Source: Fistulifera solaris (taxonomy: Eukaryota). From it: a stretch of DNA of 64,000 bases. The stretch lies in contig AP026162.1 of the NCBI GenBank assembly GCA_030295235.1, positions 1,736,001 to 1,800,000 of the forward strand, read 5' to 3'. The notes beneath the pieces are model-generated. The model did not search any database, had not been told where the DNA came from, and was given only the letters and a program-made list of their open reading frames with translations. The translations under genes were made by a program, and so were the position numbers. Shown piece by piece: positions 24,609-35,061 of the stretch; position 1 is the first letter of the stretch, and each line of letters begins with the position of its first letter.

Positions 24609-25842
24609 ATGGAAGAATTAGCTTTCCTTGAGAATGCTTCGGCGTCTTTCGTTGATCTGGAGATGAGCGGACCTCCGGCCAATCCTCTTCCGTTTGGACG
24701 AGCCACAACTGGAAGAGCGGAACGTGTAGATGCCATGGTTTTAAATCCTGTAACAGGAGAACATCTTGAGGTATCGAATATAATTTACGAAAGGCATCCA
24801 GATCGACGTCCTCCAGACCGAGCGTATTGGGTTGGTCGGAAACTGAAGAAATGCATCTTCGGCGTCGTCAAAGAGTGCACTTTATTACGCTTTCGCAACG
24901 ACGCTCTCGTTCCATGGGAAGTCACGTCTGGTAAAGCGGCTGTTAAGATTATGTCTTGGCAAAGATACGAGAACTGCAACACATCGAAGATCCAATTAAG
25001 GAAGTTTCGGCTATGCAGTATATTAGTGAAGGAGGTCAACACCCGCATGTTATGGGTGTGTTGGATGTACTCAAAGACGAGGAGTATCTGTTATTATTTA
25101 TGCCATTCTGTTCATCAGGCGATTTATTTGGTTTTGTTCAGCAAGCAGGTCGTTTTCCTGAGCCAATGGCTAGATACTGGTTTATGCAAATTCTTGAGGT
25201 GAGTGACCGGGATATTATTTTAGTTTTCTTTGCCACTAGCGCCGTCGCTTACATAGTTTATTTATCGTGATCAAACAGGGACTCACACATTTACAGAAAA
25301 AGGGTGTTTGTCATCGTGACATGTCTTTAGAAAATATTTTGGTTGATGAATACAGAACAGCTGTTGTTATTGATCTTGGAATGTGCTTAAGGGTGCCTTA
25401 TGATGACGGAGAAACTGGAGGCGTTGCGGACGTTTCAGCGGGGACTCTTCGTCGTCTAATTAATCCTCTGATACCATGCGGCAAACCCAACTATATATCA
25501 CCGGAAGTTTTGAAGAGCGAGGTACCGTTCGATGGATTTGCAATAGATTTGTGGGCAACGGCTGTGATGTTATTTATAATGCTGGTAGGCCTTCCACCAT
25601 GGGAATTTGCACGCGAGGAAGATCCCCGTTTCCGAATGGTGGCAAGGGGTGGATTAGAACGCATGCTCCGCTCTTGGAATCGTGAAATTAGTCCATTGGC
25701 GGCCGATTTACTACAAAAAATGCTGCGGGAAGACCCTAGGCAGCGGTTATCATTAGAAGAGGTAAAGGTACACCCGTGGGTTCTTTACGAGGGAGGTGGC
25801 GCGGTTCCGCAAGCTCCTGGTCATGAAGAGTGGCGTGGTTAA
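24609..25842 (+). CDS. Ser/Thr protein kinase (CAMK-like), paralogue 1
   Basis: AAVKIM, HRDMSLENIL, IDLGM, CGKPNYISPE, DLWA, R..L.EV..HPW. Intron ~25199-25278; indel ~24960. Confidence 0.92.
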
Positions 25843-26007
25843 TAATGTTAGTATCGAACTACGACTGTCAGCGTTGCTTTGCTTTGTACGTTTGAATGAC
25901 ATCTCCACTTGCTCAGCTAGTGCTGAATCAATAATCTAGTCTCTAGTAGAAACACAGGATCACCGATGGGCTTGAATTTGTAATGCCGACGTTGCTGGAG
26001 GCCTAAA

Positions 26008-26188
26008 TCTATTTATAATTTTATAATAGCGCGCTGTGTCCGTGTGTGTGTGTGTCACGTAACGTAACGCGCTCCCGGGTGTCTGAATCACGGGTGTGAC
26101 GCTATCCCCGGGGATCGAGCCCCCCGCTTGCGGGAAGGGCGAGAACGAAAAAAGCTCCCCGTAGGCTAGCCCGCCGCAGGCGGGCTAG
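26008..26188 (+). mobile_element. Probable non-autonomous Helitron (181 bp)
   Basis: A|TC 5' end (TCTATTTATAAT), (GT)n tract, GC hairpin CTAGCCCGCC-GCA-GGCGGGCTAG, CTAG|T 3' end, no TSD. Confidence 0.6.
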
Positions 26189-26213
26189 TTTCCATAAAGA
26201 AACGGTGATGATC

Positions 26214-26660
26214 AATATCCGGGTGCCCCCTCCGTCGATAAATTTCCCTACGGGGCCTACGTGAAATGCACGTAGACATTCGCAACATTGCGTACCTGTT
26301 GTCTTACTCATGTTTGTGTTCCAATCAATGTGGATTCTCGCTTATGGTCTCTATACACGTCTGTTGAGGAATGATACGATGAAATTTGTGCTGTCGGACC
26401 CGAGAATCGATGAGTTCGAGTGTGATAATTTCCGGTTGCTACCTACGTCGATAAAATTCCTACGGGGTCTACGTGAATATCACGTAGACATTCGAAACTT
26501 TCTATCTTTGCTTTTTGTAATGTTTTGATTTTATGTTGATAGTGAACATGGTCTATGGGTGCGCAATTTTCCATGTTTGTTCATGGTTTTATTGCAATGC
26601 AGTCAAACATATACCCGAAAAGTGGATTATGCCGATGCACAATATCCGGGTTTCCCTCAT
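26214..26660 (+). repeat. Degenerate ~213-bp repeat containing a hairpin
   Basis: ~50-bp block at 26233-26282 and 26446-26494 (perfect stem GTCTACGTGA-ATA-TCACGTAGAC in copy 2). AATATCCGGGT recurs at 26214 and 26641. Confidence 0.75.
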
Positions 26661-26798
26661 GTACTCGCATTGCGAGGCACAAAAAAACACCCGATCATTT
26701 TACCAGGTATTTGTGTTGATACTTTTGCAAAGCACCTTTGCCCCTTGGGGACAAGACTGTTTTGTTAGCCTTCATGTATCACAAAAACAACAATCATT

Positions 26799-28096
26799 AT
26801 GGACTTGTATTATAACAATGTCCGCACACTGAGTGAGGAAGAGCTCCAGCAAGCGTTTCTTCAGAATGCATCGGTCTCGTATTCCATCCTTGAATGCATC
26901 CGCCCAGCAAGCCAATGAAGTTCGAACCAGCTTGCGTGGGAGAGGCAGAAAGGGTGGATGCACAAGTGCTGAATCCACACACGGGAGAAATATTACACGT
27001 ATCGAATATTGTTTACGAAAAACGCCATGATGGATTGCCCCTCAACGCGCCTACGGTGTGGGCAGAAAATTGATGGAAGCCATTTACGGCTGTATTCGAA
27101 TCTGCACCATTTTTGAAATCCGCAATGATATGCAAGTGCCTTTTGCTGTCACCGAAATGAAAGCTGCCGTCAAAGTTCTTTCGTGGGAAAAGATCCGGTC
27201 GTTAAATCATGCGGAAAATCCCATCAATGAAGTGGCTGCCTTACAACATGTCAGCCAGAACCCGCACGAGAATGTCATGAGCGCGCTGGACATATTACAA
27301 GACGAGGAATACCTTTTGATTTTCATGCCCTACTATTCTTCGGGAAGTTTATATGATTTTGTTTCACGAGCTGGGCATTTTCCCGAGCGCGTGGCGAGGT
27401 ATTGGTTCACTCAAATTTTGGAGGTACGAGCAAGGCCTTTATAATATGTGTGTCATGTCGAAAGCAGCTTCTGAACAGAACAATCATTTTTCTTTCCGTT
27501 CGCAGGGTTTATCGCATTTGCAGAGGCTTGGTATATGTCACCGCGACCTATCTTTAGAGAACATATGCATCGATGACTATACGAATTCAGCGATCATCGA
27601 TTTGGGCATGTGTTTGCGCATTCCCTACATCAATGAGAGCTCAGGAGGTGATGTGGATGTCACGGCCGGAACATTACGGAGACTCATGACAGCGGCTGGA
27701 ACGTGCGGGAAAATTTGGTACATGTCTCCTGAAATTATTCGCAACGACGACATGTTCGATGGGTTTGCGGTGGATCTTTGGGGCGCCGCTATTATTTTGT
27801 TTATAATGTTGACGGGCAGGCCACCCTGGCCTTTTGCTAGTCGACAGGCTGCTGAATTCCGCGTTGTTGCAATCGATCCAGTTCCCGATTATCCCAATGA
27901 AAATTATGGCATTGGTCGGCTTTTACGAGAAATGGGTAAAGAAATATCACAACAGGCGTCTGATCTACTGCAAAGAATGTTACGAAACAATCCACGCGAG
28001 CGACTTTCTCTTCTTGAAATTTTGCAGCACCCTTGGCTTCAAGAGGAGTCGGAGCATGAACCAATGGCAGATCCGGACGATGAATGGAGAAGATGA
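26799..28096 (+). CDS. Ser/Thr protein kinase (CAMK-like), paralogue 2; 5' part frameshifted
   Basis: AAVKVL, HRDLSLENI, IDLGMCLRIPY, CGKIWYMSPE. Same intron position (QILE|GL) as paralogue 1. Confidence 0.88.
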
Positions 28097-28153
28097 GAGC
28101 ACCCAAACGATCATAACAGATATGATTTTAGTAATGTAGTCATGTGTTATCTT

Positions 28154-28702
28154 TCACGGCCCAAACAAGCTCCAGTCTCGAATGCAAAAGCTAGCTAAGA
28201 TTGCTTGGAACTGCAGTGATGGTTTCGTCCCATTCCCGTCTGCTTGAGGATTACTTGCCGCCGGTGATGTCAAAGTGATAAGGATGTCGGTAGAAACGGT
28301 GGGCAATCGGATCGCACACAGTTCAACGTGGATCCAAATCGGATCAGAAGGCTGTGGCACACGTTCACGGCCTTGGCTCATGCGTTGCGATCCGCTACCG
28401 GTGCAAAGAACTGCTGTCGGCGGCAAGCCAGCAATGATTGGAGATGGGTCGCTCGGTGCGAACGAAACATCTTGCGGATTGATGACACCATTCGATTCTG
28501 CCAAATCTTGAAAGAAGTAACGGGCTGCTTGATCATCAGTTACGTCGGTCTGATAATCAAGAATTTCAATGACCAACAGGTTCCCTTGATCATCTTGCCA
28601 ACATTCTTGATGATCGGGCACCTGTCGTATATCCGACACGTCTCTCCATCCCTCGGGAACTTTGCACTCGATACTTCCACCAAAGAGCTGTCGAAGGACC
28701 AT
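28154..28702 (-). CDS. MOG1: Mog1 / Ran guanine nucleotide release factor
   Basis: LFGGSI..P..WRDVSDIRQVPDHQE, LLVIEIL, AIRLP.VSTDILIT, SF.IRDWSLFG. Confidence 0.92.
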   Translation of the reverse strand: MVLRQLFGGSIECKVPEGWRDVSDIRQVPDHQECWQDDQGNLLVIEILDYQTDVTDDQAARYFFQDLAESNGVINPQDVSFAPSDPSPIIAGLPPTAVLCTGSGSQRMSQGRERVPQPSDPIWIHVELCAIRLPTVSTDILITLTSPAASNPQADGNGTKPSLQFQAILASFCIRDWSLFGP

Positions 28703-28977
28703 TGGCTTTTATCTTTCTTATTGATAGAAGCGTAAGCAGAAAGTAGATGTCAAAGTTAATATTTATGCGGTTGTGCTCGCCCTCCGGCATCGATCACCAT
28801 CGTCGCGATCGCATGCAAGCTTCGTGACTGAGATGCAGTCGGGAAAAAAGTAATCTACATTTTGTGTCTATAGAAAAATCCACAGAACGATCCTCAGAGA
28901 TTTTTATCACAAAGATTAAGGCGTCCATTGGCAAACGGTGCTGAAGTCATTAACATCGCGGTACAGACAGATAGACC

Positions 28978-29500
28978 TCATCAAGCTAGCAGAGCGAACA
29001 GCGAAGACGGGTCACGTTGCAATTTGGCTCGGAAAAATCATGAATCAACACTGAAATTCAGTCGTGATAAGGTAAAACCAACAATCCGGGCTATAGTGAT
29101 TACTGAAAAATATTTCCGCAGAGTTTTGCAACATAATAATACAGAAGCGAGGCTTCCATTCGCAAACTGTGTTGAAGAAATCGCGTAGTTTGCATCGTTA
29201 TACAGAAAAATGGAGCTCAACAAGCTTTGGGTTACGTTGCAATTTGCAATCTGGCTCGTAAAATCGTGATTCAACACGGAAATTCAGTCGTGATAACGCA
29301 GAACCAACACACCGGGCTATAGTGAATACTGAAAAATGTTCCGCAAAGTTTTTCAACATTATAGACGAATACAAAATCGAGGCTTCCATTCGCAAATTGT
29401 GTTGAAGTAATTTGCATCGTAATAGACTTTAGACGAAGGGATCTCAACTAGGCTCAACAAGCTAGGGTTATGTTGCAATGTGCGATCTCGCTCGCGAAAA
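28978..29500 (+). repeat. ~227-bp degenerate tandem repeat (~2.3 copies), intergenic
   Basis: GAAATTCAGTCGTGATAA at ~29053 and ~29279. CCGGGCTATAGTGA and CGAGGCTTCCATTCGCAAA each occur twice; CTCA(T/A)CAAGCT occurs three times. Confidence 0.85.
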
Positions 29501-29717
29501 TAAAGTTTCGTGACAGAAGTGCATTCGTGATTACTTTCAGTCGACACTCTTTGATCGAAAGGAAGATGCCACGCATTTTGTCTAAAACAAATATAGGTCC
29601 GACCCAAAGAATTTGAAAATTTAATAACAATTGTATTAAGGAGCATTAGTCATTATTACAATTATAACAGCATATCTTTCTGACTATCAGTCGCGCTGAT
29701 GAATAAGCAAGCCTCTT

Positions 29718-30804
29718 TTATGCAACCAGAATCCGCTTTAGTTCCTCTGCTCTAGCCTTTGCGATCTGAGCCACAAGCGCCAAGTCCTTTGTTCTCAGCG
29801 AGCAAATTCTATTATTTTCGCCAAACGATGGACAGAAATCCAAAAGAAGAATTTGTTCTGGCGCGTGACCATCGACGACCATGGTTATCATTGTCGACAT
29901 TGAACATTCTTCGGCTGAGCTGGGATCTACTAACCAATTCCGTCTCTTATCCTCTAGTTCTGAAGTCTCGCTACAGTACAATCCGACGGTAACCGGGAGT
30001 GGTAGTAACGGAAATCGCATTTTATGCTGTGTTTCTCCGCGCTCCGAACACCGACACCCCGTGGCAATATTACCTTCCTTCGTTCGCTCAGCGTCGTAAC
30101 CTTTTGGTTGCCACCATATTCTTCCCGTCTTTTCGTCCAATGAAATCCCGTGTTCGCGACATGGAATTTTCGTGTCCATAAGGGCAGCAATACAAGCCAA
30201 CAGAGCAGCGTCACCGACATTCCCTGCATTTTGTAATATCTTTACCGTCACGACGAGGCCAATCGCGGCCTTTGCCGGGACAAGAAGCAATGGATGATAG
30301 TGATTATCCTCACCCGTACTAATCGAATCTTCCAGTGCTTCTTGGGCGCAAACATCCAGGGTCCGCTGCAGGTAAGACTGTAAAACTGAGATGTTGATCG
30401 AATCATCCTCCTTGAAAGAAGAAACAGTGACATCAATATCGCCCCTACCAGCCGGAAACGCTGCTGTACACATTGGTTGGCCAACCTGTAACGTTACTGC
30501 TGCGAGAATGGACGTTGATTCGTCTTGATTTTCGTCGTTGCGGAATGAAACTAGAGCCGAACCAGAGGCATGTTTGGATAGAACGCCTTGCTGGATAGTT
30601 GTCTTGCGATACTGGGCGAGGAGTCTTCCGTCAGCGCGTGAGTGACTCTGAAGCATACTTTTCGCTTTTGCCTACAACAAATTGTTAGAAATAACGAAAC
30701 AAAACCATCCCGTCAGATCAGTTTGTTCAACGAACCTTTGGGTCAAGCAGTGTTTCTGCTCCTAACGCTAGATCGCACCATGATGAGGTAATATCGTTCG
30801 ACAT
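29718..30804 (-). CDS. Exosome complex RNase PH-like subunit (RRP43/42/45 group, probably RRP43)
   Basis: RADGR, GSALV, AGNVGDAALLACIAALMDTKIP, WLVDPSSAEE. Short exon 1 joined over intron ~30673-30735. Confidence 0.75.
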
Positions 30805-31530
30805 CTGTGGTTATCTAATGAGTATAGTCTTCCTTCTCGGTCGGTTCTATCGGCGACGGTGTTCAAAAGATGGAATTTGAAGCAACGTATACTCTCAATA
30901 GCGTTGGGAAATGGGAAAGTCTAATGAATGTGAATGAAAAACCTGCATGTTTATCTACAGGGTCGTTTGATGGTCATTCGGTAGACGGAAAGACGGCTCA
31001 ATTATTACAACAAGGTTAACGGTTCAACAAGACGGTTTCGGGCTGCAGAATACGTAGTAATTATGTGGCAGCCAGCTGTCGACGACATTGTTTCTTCCGA
31101 CCAGACTACTAATTGTAGTCACAGTAAAAACCCGCGCTCGATCAAAGAATTTCAAATCCTTCAAGTCGAAATCTTATTCGCTGCTTTTGTTGTCATGCGA
31201 CCCCATAACGTTGAAGCTTGATAAAGAACAGTTTCTTGTTGCAACCCTCATCATTACTTCTGCCTAATCGATTAACCAAATCGGCAATTGACGAAGCATT
31301 TCAACCTTCTGGTAAGTCGAAGACGAAAACCGAGGGAGCGGAAACTTCTGGAGCTTCATCGGTTGCCGCTCTGCGGGAGAGAATAAAGATTCGTAAAGCA
31401 CAACAGACGCAAGCGGAGGGTCTTGGCGAAAGGGAACCGAAAACTTTTATGGGTGCGTCGTATTGGTATTGTTTGTAACAATGCTTCCTTACCAGTCTGA
31501 TTTGCAGGTTGATATTCGAAGCGATAAACC

Positions 31531-33330
31531 ATGTCAAACTACTCGAAGAGGAAGTGCCGTGTGGGTGAAGCAGATGGAGGTATATCGCCTTATACTGGAA
31601 AGAACTTCTCGTCTTCAAGTCGTGAAAGTCAAAGGAAAAATGATTCTCCTCCTCTCGATGTCATAGTCATCCGGCGGGAAGAGCTGGATACTTGTGACAT
31701 GAAAATGAAACCAAAACCGTCTTCTGTAAGCGTGGAAATGTCGACGTCGCCGTTTCAGCTCAAGCCAAGGAATAGTTTGAAAAGCGCGGGCTCACAAGGA
31801 AGAAAGCGATCATCATCCTCAATAAGCCCCGGTTTGTTTTCGACCGAGGATTCATTGAGTGGTGTGGACGCTAGGCGAGTCGACACCGCTCGCTCTCTGA
31901 AAGGTTTTCCCGTTAAGGACTCTTCTCATTATTTGGAATCACCCGGGGGACTCAGTAACACCCTTTCAAACCTCAATGCACTGTCGCTTCGAACACCTGA
32001 ACAGACCAGGATCTCTTTGTCAAACGTGCGTGCCGCAGGGTGTCCCAGTCCGCCGGCCTTTCTTGACGACGGCTTAGCGCACAAGCGATTATTTACAAAG
32101 ACCTCTTTTACCAGATACAGCGGGTCCCCAGCCGTTGAAACGTTCCCGTCTAGCCCCTTAGCTGGTGCAGCACGATTAGGCCTGTCAGTGACAATGGGCT
32201 CACCGGATGGATCTGCGTTTTCGTCTCCGAAGCCAACATCTTTTACTTTTTTGGGGCATGAAAGTCGTAGCTTTTCGACTCCAACGTCTCTTGAACACAG
32301 GATGTTTTCACAGGCAAAAACTGTTCCCGGTGAAGTCGGCGAGCGAGACAATGTTTTGTTGTCGCAGGGAAGCGGAAAAGGAACCAATAGATCAATTGAA
32401 AGCTTCAGTACGATCGAGGAACACCGCAGCGACAGAATGAGAAGGTCTGGAACTATTGGCAACAGCAAGAGGTCACCAAATCAGATTCTGCCGCAAGTAT
32501 TTCTGACTCCAAGAAGCAGTGGTATCAACATATCTTGCTTAACCCGGTTCCCGTCTCCGCCGAGAAATGATGAAATGAGTTTTTCTTTCTTCTCGTCCGC
32601 AAGTGAACGTAAGGATATGCCTCAAATGAAAGGAACAAAGGATGAGAAAGATTTGCATCAGGAAGCCAGGCCCCATTCGCTTACACAGGACACGGCTTGT
32701 TCTACCCTAGGCGAAGAACACGATCTCATTTACCTGCCTGACATATCACGAGGCGTGAAACAAGAGTCTTCCGTGGAACATTCTTTGGAACGTTGTAAAA
32801 GTCAACTGGCATCAGGGTCGCGACCACGGTCTCGGTCGCTACTCACTCGATCTCGGTCAAATAGTTCTATTCTTGCAGAACTATCTTCTGCTGATTACGG
32901 CCGCGATGGAAATGAGTCCTTGAGTTGCAGTGACGAAGAAGAAGCGTTCTTGCTCGTCGCGCCTTCCAGTCTAAGGTCCAACAAACTTGACGAGGATCTA
33001 CCCCATAAGCGAAAACGAGATCTTTGTTTCGCAAATGAAGTAAGAACTCCTTTTCAACAATCAACGTACGTTGCTGCTGCGAATGCCTCCTTCGAGGTCA
33101 AGCTGGCTCCATCAAACATGTACGATGGAAGCTCAGCTCCAAAGAGGGATTCCGCAAGGTCCGAAACATTGTTTTCACCAGGTGGGGACATCAATACTGA
33201 CCAAATCTCGTATACATTGTATCCGAACGCCGAAGCAGGCAAGATGAACGAAGAGTTCATTACATCCCGTGATCTAATCACGCCTCCGCCAATGAGACCT
33301 GAAAATCTACATCTGACTTCGAATTTCTAA
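31531..33330 (+). CDS. Ser/Pro-rich, probably disordered hypothetical protein (599 aa)
   Basis: Long uninterrupted ORF with many SP/TP sites; no recognisable domain. Confidence 0.7.
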   Translation: MSNYSKRKCRVGEADGGISPYTGKNFSSSSRESQRKNDSPPLDVIVIRREELDTCDMKMKPKPSSVSVEMSTSPFQLKPRNSLKSAGSQGRKRSSSSISPGLFSTEDSLSGVDARRVDTARSLKGFPVKDSSHYLESPGGLSNTLSNLNALSLRTPEQTRISLSNVRAAGCPSPPAFLDDGLAHKRLFTKTSFTRYSGSPAVETFPSSPLAGAARLGLSVTMGSPDGSAFSSPKPTSFTFLGHESRSFSTPTSLEHRMFSQAKTVPGEVGERDNVLLSQGSGKGTNRSIESFSTIEEHRSDRMRRSGTIGNSKRSPNQILPQVFLTPRSSGINISCLTRFPSPPRNDEMSFSFFSSASERKDMPQMKGTKDEKDLHQEARPHSLTQDTACSTLGEEHDLIYLPDISRGVKQESSVEHSLERCKSQLASGSRPRSRSLLTRSRSNSSILAELSSADYGRDGNESLSCSDEEEAFLLVAPSSLRSNKLDEDLPHKRKRDLCFANEVRTPFQQSTYVAAANASFEVKLAPSNMYDGSSAPKRDSARSETLFSPGGDINTDQISYTLYPNAEAGKMNEEFITSRDLITPPPMRPENLHLTSNF

Positions 33331-33662
33331 GTTTTGTTACCCAACTTTATGCATTAATTTATAATTTTTTGTTTTTCATGGATCTACTGGTTGTGTTGCG
33401 TTGATGAGGCTGCGAATTGCGAATATTTATTGGATTGTTATTCTAAAGGGAAGACCGTGGAGGAACGTTTCGTCGCTCGAATAAAAGACGAATTACAAGA
33501 CCTTTGGAGTCTAAAGTACGAGCTTGTGATGAAACGAGAAGCAGCGCTAGTTCCAGTTAAAGCAATGAGTTATATAAATTATTGAGTTAAAGTACTACTA
33601 TGTTGCTCTAGATGGAGTCCTGATGAATGATATCGAAAACCCACTAAAGTTGCACATCATAC

Positions 33663-34394
33663 TCAGGCAGAGAACGCGAGGAAATCGGAAAAGGCTTTCT
33701 CTAACTTGGCAAGCTTGCCCTCCATGATCTCGACGCGACGCGGACTTCTCGGGATTCCATCCTTTTGAGTATTGGCCTGTTCCAACTCGGTAATATCCTG
33801 CATAATGACTCGAATCAAACGATCCGTTCCGCGTTGCGTATCCTCTTCAAAGGCAGTGTTCACTGTGTTAAGTGTATCACGAAGATCAGCAAAATCCAAG
33901 TCTTTGATTATGGTCTTTCGCACATTAACCTGCGAATCGGCTTTGAGTGCGGCTTGCATGTCTTGGACGGCCGATCGGTAACCCTTTACTTTTTTGAGGG
34001 CCGACTGGACCGCATCCGACTTTAGGATATCGGCGTCAATTTCGGCAGTTTTGGGGTCCAATACTCCGGGGCTACTTCCTTTCCGAATTCGCCATATTGA
34101 GCGGCAAACGCGTCCGATGGACTCACGATAGCAATACCTCCTGTGACAAACATGGCAGCCGCTTGAGACAAGAATTCGGATCGCGATGGTTGCTTTGCAA
34201 AGAGCTGCGACGGAGCTGTGGTGAATCGAAATGAAAGAAAGAAATTTTACATGAGATTTTTTGACTTTCAACAACAAGGACGCTTGGCTTTGTCTGTCTT
34301 TCCACTTACCGACATCGTTCCCTCTTTTGTTGGGGGCGAAGGCCGATACAGGTTCCGAGACGAGGAAAACAAGGCAAAGAGTAGCAAACTTCAT
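33663..34394 (-). CDS. Plastid-targeted helical protein of unknown function
   Basis: Presequence MKFATLCLVFLVSEPVSAFAP; helical C-domain LRDTLN..FEEDTQRGTDRLIR. A probable intron and indels lie in the middle. Confidence 0.7.
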   Translation of the reverse strand: MKFATLCLVFLVSEPVSAFAPNKRGNDVGKWKDRQSQASLLLKVKKSHVKFLSFISIHHSSVAALCKATIAIRILVSSGCHVCHRRYCYRESIGRVCRSIWRIRKGSSPGVLDPKTAEIDADILKSDAVQSALKKVKGYRSAVQDMQAALKADSQVNVRKTIIKDLDFADLRDTLNTVNTAFEEDTQRGTDRLIRVIMQDITELEQANTQKDGIPRSPRRVEIMEGKLAKLEKAFSDFLAFSA

Positions 34395-35061
34395 CTTTCA
34401 CGCTTCAAAATAAGTAAATGTTAGCTTCGTAGGTCAATGGCGAGTCGATCGCTTTGTGTCTTTGATTTTTGTTAATAGCAACAGCTGTCACCAATAGTTT
34501 TCCACAATAATAAGATCGTTGTCCTTCTGACTCGTTGACACCCCGTCATACCAGGTACCTTCGGCTTTTGACGACGTGCGTGTTAAACTCGTAAGGCGTG
34601 AATGAAGTGTCCGGGACTGCTACATCGCCCTACTATAAAGTAGCCTGAAGTCTTATCGGTAATTGTTACCTATTGCCAATAAAGTCACTATGCTTTGTCA
34701 TGTAGGGATCACGACTTTAATGACTCAATGCGTCAAGCGCTGTGTGTTTTCGGTTGCATGCTTCGAAACCGTTCCTCTTCGTTGTTCCGCGTTGCGGCTG
34801 TTTTGTTACAAGTGTTCATAAGAACAAGTTACTCGTAGCTCGTAGTATTGTGGTCAACTCTGCATTTTGTGATTCGAAGAAAAGGATTTTGCAAGCGTCC
34901 ATTAAAGCTTGCAAGGCCGTTCTTGATTTTACTACTTAGCAATCAATTAAAAGGGGCCCGTGGTAAAAGCATCATTACCCCGGACTTCGATCGTTTACAG
35001 CCGGCGTTCCCTTTGACTACTCTTCGTTCACGAAGTCTTCTTGCATTAATTTGGAGCGACC

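Noticed and set aside
33663..34394. PsbQ' or Psb31 assignment
   Set aside because: The motifs I remember for those proteins are not present.
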